Below, piece after piece: positions 53,564 through 64,000 of a stretch of DNA of 64,000 nt (positions within the stretch are counted from its first letter, which is position 1; every line of letters starts with the position of its first letter). The DNA is from an uncultured delta proteobacterium. GTDB taxonomy: Bacteria > Myxococcota_A > Polyangia > Fen-1088. Position numbers and translations under genes: made by a program. The DNA lies in assembly GCA_963737265.1 (NCBI GenBank), contig CAVTRY010000011.1, positions 1,312,001 through 1,376,000 of the forward strand, read 5' to 3'. The notes below the pieces were generated by a model. It did no database searches. It saw nothing but the letters and a program-made list of their open reading frames with translations, and was not told the origin of the DNA.

Positions 53564-56421
53564 AGCGCAGTCTCCAGCAAGGCCACTGGAAGGTGGGCGA
53601 AAACGGTATCGAGAAACAACGTCGTGTCCTCGGGTGCGAACGTCCGCCCGGTCAGGGCATCCCGCCAATGCCGCCCGCGCAGCCCGTCGGGCAGTTCTAG
53701 AAGGGTCTTGCCCCAGATGGTTCCTGTCGGCCGTGCAGCGCCCAAGGTTGCAAAAAATCGTCCGACGACGGCAATGACACAGGTATCCCCATCGACCCGG
53801 GCGAAGGCGAAGGCATGGGCGGCTAGGGCTCCGCGCAGAGCAAGCGGCTGGTACCCGCCCCGCGTGAACAATTGAGCACGCGAGCGCCGGAGGCGTAGGG
53901 CAGCGGTGGTCGTCCACATCTTGATGCGCCCATCGTTGGGGCGTTCGAACCAGGTGTCGACGGCAGCGAGCCCTCGCGTCTCGAAGTCGGAGGCAATGGC
54001 TTCGAGTTCGGCTCGTCTCTGGTCGAAGTCCACCGGTCGGCGATTGTCGGGATCGACAAGGGAAAAGTCCCACAGCTCGTTTCCCTGGTAGAAGTCGGGA
54101 ATTCCCGGGGCAGCCACCTTTAGGACGACCTGCGCCAGGCTGTTCCACAGTCCTGGCCGTACAATACCTTCCACGAAGTCGTCGAGGCTGCGCAAGAACT
54201 TCCCCGCGCGCGCGGGATCGAGGATCGCCTGCACAAATCGGTCGGCAGCTTCGGCGTAGGCGGCGTTCGGATTGATCCAGCTAGTGTAAAGCTTGGCTTC
54301 GTTCCGTGCCTTGGCCATGTAAGCACGAATTCGGTCGGCGAAGTTCGGATCGCTATCCCGTCCGCCCACTGGCCAGGCCCCGACCAAAGTTTGGTAGAGG
54401 AAATACTCCTCACTCGCCGCGGGCGCATCCATGTCGTCGAGCTTGGTCTTGTGTCGCGCGTTCAGGGTAGCCCAACCGACCGTTGCGGCCGCCCAATCCT
54501 CCGCCCGCTCGGACAGGACGTAGAGGCGGGCACGGGTGTCTTCGCCCCGTTTGGTGTCGTGGGTTGCGGTCGCTGAAAGGGCATGGGGCGATGTCTCTGC
54601 GCGGGTGTGCAGAACGCGATGAACATCTTCGACGGCAGCTCCCATATGTGCGGGCTCCCCGCCGACTTCGTTGAGCGCGATGAGAGGCATGTGGCGATAG
54701 AAGGCGGTGTCTTCCACACCCTTGGCGACGACAGGACCCGTCAGCTGCTGAAAGCGGGTTGTCAGGGTGCGCCGCTCCTCCAATTGCGCTTCAGTCAAGC
54801 CGGGTGGATCCCGTCGCAGCAAAACCGACGCAATGAAATCGAAAAGAGAGGCATTGAGGAGGGGGTTGCGCCTGCGCGCCTCGGCGACGGCCTTTTCGAT
54901 GATGACCGCGTCTCGTTCGTTCACGGTGGCATCGTCGCGCCGGAGGTAGGTGCGGTAGACGGGAAAACAGGCGACGACTTCCCCCAGGGCCGTCTGCAGA
55001 TGATTCAAAGTAAAATCACGCGTATAGCGATGTTGCTCGGAAATGCGGTCGAGGTGTCGCGCCAAGACCGTCAGCTCCGCGGCGAGGGTCGTCTGCAAGA
55101 CCAAGCGCTTGCTCTCGTAGGCGATGTCGCAAAACGATGCCAACGGTCCACAGAAAAAAGCGGCTGCAGCCCGCAGCCCGGCGGACCCTTCCGGATGGCT
55201 AAAGAGATCTGCCGCTATTGGGATGAAGTCATAGCCCGTGGTCCCCTGCACCAACCAACCCGACGGCAAAGACTCTTGCGGCCCGAGTATCTTCTCGACT
55301 AGGACAATGGGGGCGCGGCGACCCTGGTCGGCATTCAATTCCTGCCAGCCGCGAATCAGGGCCTCGAGGTACCCCTCGGGATCGGAAAGGCCGTCCACGT
55401 GGTCGATACGAAAGCCCCTGAAGGCAGGATGTGTGGCCATGGAAAAGGGCAGGGCGTGCACGTCTGCGAAGACTTGTGGATGCTCGACTCGCACGGCCGC
55501 CAGCTCATTGACGTCGAAGAAGCGACGGTAATTGATTTCGTGCGCGGCGACCCGCCAGTTCGCGAGACGGTAGAACTGCTCCGCCATCAGCAGTTCAAGA
55601 CGGTCAAAGCTGGTGGGCACGCCAGGCGTCCCATTCATGAGGCCTAGCGCGTAGGCGATGGCGCTGCGGGCCGGGGCGCTGCCTGCGAACCAGGCCGCCA
55701 GACGTTGACGAATGGCTTCCTTCTCGTGACGGTACTCCACCATGCCCTCGTCGCCACCAGCGCGCAACCCTGGCAGTGTTTGCGAAAGGGCTCGCAGAAT
55801 GCTCCCTAGCTCGATCACGCTTGTGTCCTCGGGCGATACCTCGGCGCCGAGGCTCTCGAACGCCGGTTGCAGGATGTGGCGCCAAGTCATGGGGTTGAGA
55901 GGAAGCCGCTGCTTGTCCCAACTCACGAAAAAGTACCCATTCTCGAAGCCGACCGCGAGCTGCCCCTCGAGGACGCGGCCATACTGTTCGCCTAGAAAGG
56001 GCAGCAAGACCTTGCCGACCAGCTCGGGCTTGGGCGGGTCCCAGTCGATGTCGAAATGCGCGGCGCTGGCCGAGCTGCGTCCGTCTTCGAGCACGACCAG
56101 CCAGCGGAGATTCTGATCGCTTGCGATGCACATGTGGTTGGGCACAATGTCCAGGATGACCGCAAGGCCGCCGGCCAACGCGTCGTCGAACAATTGGCGC
56201 AACGACGAAGCGTCTCCCAACTCGGGATTGAGCCGGCCGTAGTCGACGACATCGTAGCCGTGGCTACTCCCTGGCCGGGCAGTATAGATGGGGGATAAGT
56301 AGAGGTCGGAAAGACCAAGCCGATGCAAGTAGGGGATCAGGGCCGAAACACTCCGCAAAGGCAATTCGCGGTGCAACTGCAGACGGTACGTGGAGGTCGG
56401 GATCGAGGTGGGACTTTCCAT
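53560..56421 (-). CDS. treY: Malto-oligosyltrehalose synthase
   Basis: STYRLQ, HGYDVVD, DIVPNHM, NYRRFFD, RIDHVDGL, THDTKRGEDTRAR and LVDPDNRRPVD motifs. Confidence 0.95.
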   Translation of the reverse strand: MESPTSIPTSTYRLQLHRELPLRSVSALIPYLHRLGLSDLYLSPIYTARPGSSHGYDVVDYGRLNPELGDASSLRQLFDDALAGGLAVILDIVPNHMCIASDQNLRWLVVLEDGRSSASAAHFDIDWDPPKPELVGKVLLPFLGEQYGRVLEGQLAVGFENGYFFVSWDKQRLPLNPMTWRHILQPAFESLGAEVSPEDTSVIELGSILRALSQTLPGLRAGGDEGMVEYRHEKEAIRQRLAAWFAGSAPARSAIAYALGLMNGTPGVPTSFDRLELLMAEQFYRLANWRVAAHEINYRRFFDVNELAAVRVEHPQVFADVHALPFSMATHPAFRGFRIDHVDGLSDPEGYLEALIRGWQELNADQGRRAPIVLVEKILGPQESLPSGWLVQGTTGYDFIPIAADLFSHPEGSAGLRAAAAFFCGPLASFCDIAYESKRLVLQTTLAAELTVLARHLDRISEQHRYTRDFTLNHLQTALGEVVACFPVYRTYLRRDDATVNERDAVIIEKAVAEARRRNPLLNASLFDFIASVLLRRDPPGLTEAQLEERRTLTTRFQQLTGPVVAKGVEDTAFYRHMPLIALNEVGGEPAHMGAAVEDVHRVLHTRAETSPHALSATATHDTKRGEDTRARLYVLSERAEDWAAATVGWATLNARHKTKLDDMDAPAASEEYFLYQTLVGAWPVGGRDSDPNFADRIRAYMAKARNEAKLYTSWINPNAAYAEAADRFVQAILDPARAGKFLRSLDDFVEGIVRPGLWNSLAQVVLKVAAPGIPDFYQGNELWDFSLVDPDNRRPVDFDQRRAELEAIASDFETRGLAAVDTWFERPNDGRIKMWTTTAALRLRRSRAQLFTRGGYQPLALRGALAAHAFAFARVDGDTCVIAVVGRFFATLGAARPTGTIWGKTLLELPDGLRGRHWRDALTGRTFAPEDTTLFLDTVFAHLPVALLETAL

Positions 56422-56450
56422 GGGTGCTTCTCGGGCCGGCTCGGCCAACG

Positions 56451-58643
56451 TTACGCCTTATCCGATGGTGAGGGCATCCGACGCAGAACCATCATCGAAC
56501 GCTCGGTGACGCGGATCTGGGCGTCGCATCCCAACTTGGCCGGGCTCGGAGGTGTGGCACGTGACGTATCCACCACGACCTCCCACTCGGGTCCCCACGT
56601 CACGCGCGGGAGCGTGAAGTCGATGGCTTCGTGGTGCGCGTTCAGCAGCATCAGCAAAGTACTACCGACGGGACGACGACCGGCCTTATCAGGTACCACC
56701 AGGTTTTCGCCCCCGAGGAGGTAGGCGAACGAACGAACGTGGGGCGCCTGCCAATCCTCGGCCGGCATCTCGGTGCCGTCGGGGCGAAAGAAGGCCAGGT
56801 CCTTGAGGCGAGAATCCCAGATGCGGTCGCCGCGAAAGAAGTAGTCTTCACGGACCACGCCCTCCTCGTGGCGCAATTGCGACAGACGTGTCACGAAATC
56901 GCATAGCGCCCGCCGTCTCTCGTCCATGTTCCAGTCCACCCACGAGATTTCGTTGTCCTGGCAATAAGCGTTGTTGTTGCCTCTCTGGGTGCGCCCCATC
57001 TCGTCGCCTGCCGTCAACATGGGAACCCCACGGGAGACGAAAAGCGCGGTCAAGATGTTGCGCTTGGTACGGTCGCGAAGGTCGGCAATGCCCGGGTCGT
57101 CGGTTTCGCCTTCCGTCCCGTGGTTCCACGAATAATTCTCGTCCAGCCCGTCGCGATTGTCTTCCTGGTTGGCTTCATTGTGCTTTTGGTCGTAAGTAAC
57201 AAGGTCGTGCAAGGTGAAGCCGTCGTGGCTGGTTACAAAATTGATGCTGGCATGGGGACGCCGGCCTCCCGGCTGGAAGATGTCAGCCGATCCGGTCAGG
57301 CGATAGCCGAGCGTGCCGGCTTTGTTCTCATCGCCCTTCCAGAAGGAGCGGACAGTGTCCCGGTAGGAGGCGTTCCATTCCGACCATAGGACGGGGAAGG
57401 AGCCCAACTGCTGCCCTCCCTCGCCAGTGTCCCAGGGCTCTGCGATCAATTTTAGCTGGGAGAGGAGTGGATCCTGGTGCATAGCTTGAAAGAAGGCCGC
57501 GTTGCGATCGAAGGCGAAGGTGGGCCACATGCGGCCTAGCGTTGTTGCCTCGTCGAAGCGAAAGCCATCGACACGCATGACGTCGGCCCAATAGCGGAGG
57601 CTGTCGAGCACGGTCTTCATGATGTAAATAGCGCCCAGATTCAGGCTGTTGCCACAGCCCGTAAAGTCCATGTTGAAGCGCGCGTCTTTGGGGCTGTGGT
57701 GGTAGAAGGCGAGGTTATCGATTCCGCGAAAGGAGAATGTCGGACCGTTTTGGTTTCCCTCTCCGGTGTGGTTGTAGACGACATCCAGGATCACTTCGAT
57801 GCCCGCTGCATGCAGGTTCTTGACCATGGATTTGAATTCCGCGACCTGCGACCCCGGCAGTCCATTGGCTCGGGCGTACCTCTCTTCGGGCGCAAAATAG
57901 CCCATGGTGCTATAGCCCCAGTAATTGGTGAGGCCGCGTTCGACCATGTATCCATCCACCAGCTTGGCGTGCACCGGCAGAAGCTCGAGGGCGGTGATTC
58001 CCAGTTGCTTGAGGTGCCAGATGATGGCGGGGTGGGTAATTGCCTCATAGGTACCCCGCAGATTCTCGGGTACGTCCGGGTGGCGCATGGTCAAACCTCG
58101 TAGATGTGCCTCGTAGATAATGGTGTCGTTCCAGGGAATCCGTGGCCTCCGGTCATCGCCCCAATCAAAATCGTCACCGAGAACCACCGACCTAGGCTTG
58201 GCCCAAGCGTCGTCCTCGTTCGAAAAGGCCAAGTCGCCCTCTGGCGCTCCCTGGGGATAGCCATAGACCGGACCCTTGAAGTCCAGGTCGCCGTGGAGTG
58301 CGTGTGCGTAGGGGTCGATGAGAAGCTTGTTGACATTAAAGCGGTGTCCCTCCGAAGGCGCATAGGGCCCATCCACTCGGAATCCGTACAATGCCCCAAC
58401 TCCTACATCAGGGAGCATGCCGTGGAAGACATGAGCGGTCTTTTCGAAAAGCTCGTAACGAGCAATCTCCCTTCCGGGATCCTTTTCATCGAACAGGCAA
58501 ACGTAGACGTGCTGCGCGTGCTCGGAGAAAAGCGCGAAGTTGGTGCCTCCTTCCACCAGGGTCGCGCCGAGCGGGAACGGGGTACCAGGCAAGACGGCAA
58601 ATCTAGGATCGGGTCGGGGGTCGATGCGGGCTGCCTTAGGCAT
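56451..58643 (-). CDS. glgX: Glycogen debranching enzyme (isoamylase)
   Basis: NFALFS, NYWGY, DVVYNHTGEG, DGFRFD, IAEPWD, HDGFTL and NNNAYCQDNE motifs. Confidence 0.96.
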   Translation of the reverse strand: MPKAARIDPRPDPRFAVLPGTPFPLGATLVEGGTNFALFSEHAQHVYVCLFDEKDPGREIARYELFEKTAHVFHGMLPDVGVGALYGFRVDGPYAPSEGHRFNVNKLLIDPYAHALHGDLDFKGPVYGYPQGAPEGDLAFSNEDDAWAKPRSVVLGDDFDWGDDRRPRIPWNDTIIYEAHLRGLTMRHPDVPENLRGTYEAITHPAIIWHLKQLGITALELLPVHAKLVDGYMVERGLTNYWGYSTMGYFAPEERYARANGLPGSQVAEFKSMVKNLHAAGIEVILDVVYNHTGEGNQNGPTFSFRGIDNLAFYHHSPKDARFNMDFTGCGNSLNLGAIYIMKTVLDSLRYWADVMRVDGFRFDEATTLGRMWPTFAFDRNAAFFQAMHQDPLLSQLKLIAEPWDTGEGGQQLGSFPVLWSEWNASYRDTVRSFWKGDENKAGTLGYRLTGSADIFQPGGRRPHASINFVTSHDGFTLHDLVTYDQKHNEANQEDNRDGLDENYSWNHGTEGETDDPGIADLRDRTKRNILTALFVSRGVPMLTAGDEMGRTQRGNNNAYCQDNEISWVDWNMDERRRALCDFVTRLSQLRHEEGVVREDYFFRGDRIWDSRLKDLAFFRPDGTEMPAEDWQAPHVRSFAYLLGGENLVVPDKAGRRPVGSTLLMLLNAHHEAIDFTLPRVTWGPEWEVVVDTSRATPPSPAKLGCDAQIRVTERSMMVLRRMPSPSDKA

Positions 58644-58646
58644 GGG

Positions 58647-60725
58647 CTACGGTGCTCCTGCGGCGTTAGGTGAGTGGGCCGTCAAACGCCAAGCACGCAA
58701 TAGCTCGGCTACGCCCCAGGCCTGCGCGATGCAACCCCTGGGACTGAATGGCGCCTTGGCGTCGAAAATCTCGCTGACCGATCCCACGCACGCCTGGCCA
58801 AGATGAGCCACGAGGCCGTGGAGCAACCCGCGAGCGCGTTGCTGCTCACCCGGGTGAACCTTGAGCCAGGCATCGATGAAGGGGCCGATGAGCCAACTCC
58901 ACACCGTGCCTTGATGGTAGGCAGCATCGCGCGTGCGTAGGTCGCCGTGGTAGGTAGGCTTAAAATCGGGATGCTCGGGCGCCAACGAGCGGAGACCGAG
59001 CGGGGTAAGCAAAGTCTCGGCCACGACATCCACGACCTGTCGCCATCGAGCGGGGTCGAGAACGGGGTTGGGCAGGGAAATCGCGAGAATTTGATTCGGT
59101 CGCAAGGACGCGTCGGGTGGATCGCCCTTCTCGCCAACCGCATCGTATAAATGTGACTTCGCTTCGTTCCAGAACCGTTGGTTGAAGGATTCCTTGGCTT
59201 TTGCGGCCATGGCTTCGTAGCGAGCGGCTGCCTCGGGTCCACGTTCCTGCTTGATCCACTGCGCCAGTACGGTGAGCGCGTTGAACCAAAGGGCGTTGAT
59301 TTCGACTGCCTTGCCGCGCCGAGGGGTAACCACCCACCCTTCGCACAGGGCGTCCATCCACGTCAGCGCGAACCCATCCTGTCCCTGCCGAAGCAGCCCA
59401 TCGGAAGCATCGACACCGATACCGAAGCGGGTTCCTTGAACATGGGCATCGACGACTCCTTCCAGGGTAGGCAAGAGCAGTCGGAGGGTTTCGCGATCCG
59501 ATGTGTAGCCGAGATACCTATCGAGGGCGTGAAAGAACCAAAGGGTTGCGTCCGCAGTATGGTAAAGGCCCTCATGCGAGCCCTCGGGAAAGAGGTTGGG
59601 GATGAGCCCATCGCGTACGTACCGAGCGAAGGTGTGCAAGATGAAGTGCGCGGTGCGGTGGCGGCCGGTGCACAGCGTGAGCCCTTCGAGGCTGACCATG
59701 GTGTCTCGTCCCCAATCCGTGAACCAGTGGTAACCGGCGATGACCGATTGAAGCTCCTCGCCCTGCGCGCGTGCGCGTGCGGCGTCTTCGGCCCGGCCCG
59801 CGGGCGTGATGAGGAACTGGTCGGCTGCGAGAGCCAGCTCGGCGGTCGTGGGATCTGTGAGCGCATCTGGCGTAGCGTGGAGCAGGCGAATGCGCCGTTC
59901 GTTTTCGTATCGCCAGGCTTCCTCGGGTCCGACTGCCTGCATAGTCTCCCAAGTCTCCGTCGATGCCACCAGGGTGGCAGCCGCCGCTTCGGTTAGTCGC
60001 ACCTTGAACTGTCCAGGACTCCACAGCGTTCCCCGCGCGGCATAGCCTCGGGCCGCCTCCCACCGGTAGTTCACCGCTTCTTGCTGTTCAGGATAGAATT
60101 CGAAAGCAGGCTCATCTCCTTCCACTTGGATCTTGAGCGACGGCAGCGACGGTCCTGTGGATGCCTCGAAGCGAGCGCCCGTCAGGCATAGCGTATAGGA
60201 GTCGAGGGTTGGCGAGACCGGCGCGTCGTGCGGCCGGAAGTGCATCGCTGGCCGCAGCGATAGCCAGACGGCAGCGGCAAATTGATCCTCAGGAGCACCG
60301 ATCAGGCGGTAGCGAATGTGGACGGTGTTCTGCAGGTGTGGCATGACGATGCGCTTTTCGATGACGAAGGATCCGGCGCGGTAAACCCAGACGGGCAATC
60401 CCATTTCCAGCCGAAATTGTTCCAAAAGTTGCGTGCCATGCGAAGCGTGTTCGCTCGCCGCTTCGGTCATTTGGCCGGATAGCTGATGAACGCTGCGATC
60501 GGGAAGATGAAGTTGCTCTTCTAAGTGGTCGAACATCATGATGCGACCGAGCGGGTTGGGCAGCGCCGCGACAAGCAGCCCATGATAACGGCGCGTTGCA
60601 ACCCCCGCGATTGTTCCGGAGGCGTAGCCGCCGAGACCATTCGTCACGAGCCACTCGCGATCAACCAGCTGGTCGGTTTCGTTTCCTTCCTCATGTTGCC
60701 AACCCACGCGCGTAACGGGACACAT
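58647..60725 (-). CDS. Amylo-alpha-1,6-glucosidase (glycogen debranching enzyme family)
   Basis: EWLVTNGLGGYA, AGYHWFTDWGRDT, LTWMDA, YHQGTVW and GCIAQAW motifs. Confidence 0.93.
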   Translation of the reverse strand: MCPVTRVGWQHEEGNETDQLVDREWLVTNGLGGYASGTIAGVATRRYHGLLVAALPNPLGRIMMFDHLEEQLHLPDRSVHQLSGQMTEAASEHASHGTQLLEQFRLEMGLPVWVYRAGSFVIEKRIVMPHLQNTVHIRYRLIGAPEDQFAAAVWLSLRPAMHFRPHDAPVSPTLDSYTLCLTGARFEASTGPSLPSLKIQVEGDEPAFEFYPEQQEAVNYRWEAARGYAARGTLWSPGQFKVRLTEAAAATLVASTETWETMQAVGPEEAWRYENERRIRLLHATPDALTDPTTAELALAADQFLITPAGRAEDAARARAQGEELQSVIAGYHWFTDWGRDTMVSLEGLTLCTGRHRTAHFILHTFARYVRDGLIPNLFPEGSHEGLYHTADATLWFFHALDRYLGYTSDRETLRLLLPTLEGVVDAHVQGTRFGIGVDASDGLLRQGQDGFALTWMDALCEGWVVTPRRGKAVEINALWFNALTVLAQWIKQERGPEAAARYEAMAAKAKESFNQRFWNEAKSHLYDAVGEKGDPPDASLRPNQILAISLPNPVLDPARWRQVVDVVAETLLTPLGLRSLAPEHPDFKPTYHGDLRTRDAAYHQGTVWSWLIGPFIDAWLKVHPGEQQRARGLLHGLVAHLGQACVGSVSEIFDAKAPFSPRGCIAQAWGVAELLRAWRLTAHSPNAAGAP

Positions 60726-60738
60726 GCGTCAGCATCTA

Positions 60739-60753
60739 TCAAGGGACGTGCCA
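60739..60753 (-). promoter_or_regulatory. Possible sigma-54 promoter of the glycogen/trehalose operon
   Basis: TGGCACGTCCCTTGA against consensus TGGCAC-N5-TTGC (one mismatch at -12). Confidence 0.35.
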
Positions 60754-60898
60754 CTGTGCCACTGTGCAACCTTCGGAAAGAAAGGCAAAGGCGTCGACTG
60801 ACCGCGCCTGGCAAGTGCGCGCGTTACTGTTGCGAAACCTCTGGGTGACTGTCGTAACGTACCCCTTCGCTGGCCCCGTTCGTCTGAAGGGATCACCC

Positions 60899-61282
60899 TC
60901 AACCGGCGATGCTGGCGCTCTCGCCCCGAAGCAGCGCGAAAAGTTGCTCCGGAAGGATGGGCTTGACGACGAACTCGTCGAAACCGGCCTCCCGTGCCGC
61001 ATCACGCGAGGCCACGTCCGAGAATCCGGTGAGCGCAATGAGACGCTGCGCGGGAACTTTGCGGCAAGCGTGCAAACGACGACCCACCTCGCAACCGTCA
61101 TCGCCGACAAGATGAAGATCGATGATGGCAACATCCCAGTTACTCGCGTTGGCATGATCGAGCGCCTGCCGGAGGTCAGCGGCCTCGAGCACGCGGTGCC
61201 CCATCGAAACCAAGAACTCGCCCAACATGGCGCGAAAATCATCGTCGTCATCGACAATCAGCACACAAACGCCCATATCCAT
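60899..61282 (-). CDS. Single-domain response regulator
   Basis: VLIVDDD, AIIDL, ALTGF and AGFDEFVVKP motifs. Confidence 0.88.
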   Translation of the reverse strand: MDMGVCVLIVDDDDDFRAMLGEFLVSMGHRVLEAADLRQALDHANASNWDVAIIDLHLVGDDGCEVGRRLHACRKVPAQRLIALTGFSDVASRDAAREAGFDEFVVKPILPEQLFALLRGESASIAG

Positions 61283-61442
61283 CGAGTCTCCCAATCTAGA
61301 GGAACTCCTTTGGTCGGACAGTCTACACGGAATCGCTTGCGACAAGGCTCTTCTCTGCCGAAAACACAAAGTGTTACGAGCCTGAAAGATTGGGTGGCCT
61401 CGCCACCTCGAAGGTGACAGCGTTGGTTGATTGTTCGACTCG

Positions 61443-64000
61443 ATGTCTCCTTCCGAAAAGAGGACTAAGGTACTCCTGTGGGGCGCCACGCTTGGGCTCA
61501 CGGTAGCGATCTGCCTTAGCGCCGCTTCCACGAGCGCCTACTTTTCGGCGGACGACTGGGTCAATCATACGCTCGAGGTCCAGCGCGAACTCGACCAATG
61601 GATGGTGGCACTGCTGGACGCGCAGGCGAGGGCACGGGATTTTCTTGTCTCGGGAGAAAGCAGCGACTTTGCCGCCTACAACACCGCTCTTGATAGCGAA
61701 CGGAGATCCGCTCTTCGCGTACGTCAAATCGTCAGGGACAATCCAAGTCAACTGATGAGAGTCGACGCGACGGATGGCAGCGCGCGCGCGGTCGTTGAAA
61801 CGCTTCGCGCCCTCGTCGCTCCCGGAAGCGCTGAGCATCGCCAGGAGAGCATCCGGCTGAGTGCCTTGCCGCTAAGCCATCGGCCGATGACTGCCTTTCG
61901 GGCGGACTGGCAGACAGTGCGGGACGACGAAGAGAGTCTGCTTGCACAACGCCGTGCGATGGCCCGGGGAAGAGCGCAGGCTGTCTTTCTGTGCACGCTT
62001 CTTCTTTGGATCGCTTCGTGCGGTTTTCTCGCTGTCGCTTGGACGCTTCAGCGCTCGCGGACCTTCGTGCTCAAACGGTTGGAGCTCGACGCTCGCGAGC
62101 GGCTTAGAGCGCTCTCCGACATGGCGTCCGCGCTGTCGCAGGCTCGCACGCGCACACAGGTCGTGGACATGGTGGTCGATCAATGCATGCGCATTGCAGC
62201 GGCCGACACTTGCACGCTTTATGCGCTGGACGAATCCAGGACCACCCTCGAATTGTTAGGTGAACGCGGCGTCGCGCCTGAGATCATGCAGGCGATTCGT
62301 CGCGTTCCGCTCAGCTTGGGCCATCCACTGGCGAACGTGCTGTCGGGAGCCCCCATCTGGGCGGAGAACGAAGAAACCTACCACGCGCTCTTTCCCACCG
62401 TGGCCAGCATGAAGGTCGAAGGTCCGAGGGCCAAGGCGTTCTGGAGCGTGCCGCTTTTCGTCGAGGGCCGGCCGTTTGGTGTTCTTGCCATGGGATTCTT
62501 CTCGGCTCGGAAGTTTTCCGCGGACGACAAGCAGTTTGTCGCGACACTCTCGAAACAGTGCGCTCAGGCGCTGTCGCGGGCAACCCGCATGGAGCGGGAG
62601 GACGAGGCACGCCGCCGGTTGCATACAACACTGCGCAGTATTGGGGACGCCGTCATCACAACAGACGCCGAAGGAAGGGTGACCTTCATGAACCCAGTCG
62701 CCGAGAGCCTTACGGGCTTCAAGGAAGACGAGGCGCGGGGCCAGGCTCTCGAGCAGGTCTTTCGTATCGTCTCCGAGGAGACGCGCGCAATCGTGGAGAG
62801 CCCGGTCGTGAAGGTTCTGCGGGAAGGCGTCGTCGTTGGTTTGGCCAACCACACCGTCCTCTGCAAAAGAGGTGGCCCCGAGCTGCCAATCGACGACAGT
62901 GGGGCGCCGATTCGAAACGAGGAAGGCGAGATCTCGGGCGTGGTCCTCGTCTTCCGCGATGTGAGCCATGACAAGCGCGAGCAAATTCGTCGCGAGTTCT
63001 TGACCAAAGCCACCGCAGCGTTGGTTTCATCTCTCGACTACCAAACCACGCTCGCGGCCGTCGTACGCCTGGCCGTTCCGACGATAGCCGACTGGTGCGC
63101 CGTCGACCTTCTCGACCCGGTCCTCGGGACGCCTTCCCAGGCGGCGGTTGCCCATGTGGACCCCGCTAAACTCGAATTCGCGCGACGCCTTGGCAAGATG
63201 TATCCACCTGATCCCTCGGCAACCACCGGGGCGCCACAGGTCATCCGCAGCGGGAAGGCCGAGCTGTACCGAGAAATCTCCGAGAAAATGCTCGAATTAG
63301 CCGCGAAGGACGCCGAGCATCTCCGACTAATTCATGAGCTCAGGCTTGCCTCGGCGATGGTCGTACCGCTCAAGGGCCGCACCGGGATATTGGGTGCCAT
63401 CACTTTTGTCCACGCGGAGTCGGGGCGACGCTTCTCGGCGAACGACCTGGCGTTTGCGGAAGACTTCGCGCGGCGCGCGGCCATGTCGATAGAAAATGCC
63501 CAGGCGTTGAAAGAAGCTGAGGTTGCCAGGGAGCAGGAGCGCAAGCTTCGCGGTCATGCGGAGAGCGCGAGTTGAGCGAAGGACGAGTTTCTAGCCATGG
63601 TTTCGCACGAGCTTCGAACGCCGCTCAACGCGATTCTCGGTTGGAGCGTCTTGTTGCGCAGCCGCAACCCTTTGCCAGAAGTGGAACGCGGACTTTCCGT
63701 GATTGAGAGAAACGCACGCGCGCAGGCAAAGCTCGTCGAGGACGTCCTCGATATTTCGCGCATCATCAGTGGCAAGCTGGCGCTGAGTCTTGCTTCGACC
63801 AACGTGGGCGAGGTCATCGCAGCGTCGGTCGAGACAGTGACGCCGGCCGCGCAGGCCAAGGGTATCAAGATCTCGACGGTTGTCGCGGACGCGTCGCTTG
63901 CCATACTGGCCGATGCTGACCGCGTCCAACAGGTCATATGGAACCTGCTTTCCAACGCCGTGAAGTTCACGCCCAAGGGGGGAACGATCTCGGTTGATGT
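61443..64000 (+). CDS. CHASE3-GAF-PAS-GAF sensor histidine kinase; in-frame TGA at 63573; runs off the window
   Basis: WVNHTLEV (CHASE3-like), GAF, PAS (SIGDAVITTD); AS*AKDEFLAMVSHELRTPLN and QVIWNLLSNAVKFTP continue in the same frame after the stop. Confidence 0.88.

Overview
High-GC bacterial DNA whose gene content (Ser/Thr kinase, sigma-54 activators, Cys-rich sigma-region-4 protein) suggests Myxococcota/Polyangia; this is an inference. It has three zones. (1) About 0.3-15.7 kb is mostly housekeeping: Ser/Thr kinase, typA, LPG-synthase-like membrane protein, two different glgC genes, a GH57/DUF3536 protein and a GT2. (2) About 15.8-45 kb is a heavily rearranged accessory island. It carries IS91-like rolling-circle transposases (one intact, several remnants), IS21, ISAs1, three different vapBC toxin-antitoxin modules and many gene fragments. 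At its centre is a divergent locus that looks like an undescribed polymorphic effector/immunity system: two large calcineurin-like metallophosphoesterases, each followed by exported proteins (one family paralogous and recently duplicated), plus LysM/peptidoglycan-binding and OmpA-like proteins whose genes share a 133-bp inverted 5' repeat. (3) About 45-64 kb holds two-component and sigma-54 regulators, a ferritin-like gene, an ISL3 remnant and a glycogen-to-trehalose operon (amylo-1,6-glucosidase, glgX, treY, treZ). A 1.4-kb poly-T/AT-rich block (31.5-32.9 kb) is almost certainly a sequencing or assembly artefact, so single-base frameshifts elsewhere should be treated with caution. I recognised no rRNA, tRNA or CRISPR array.
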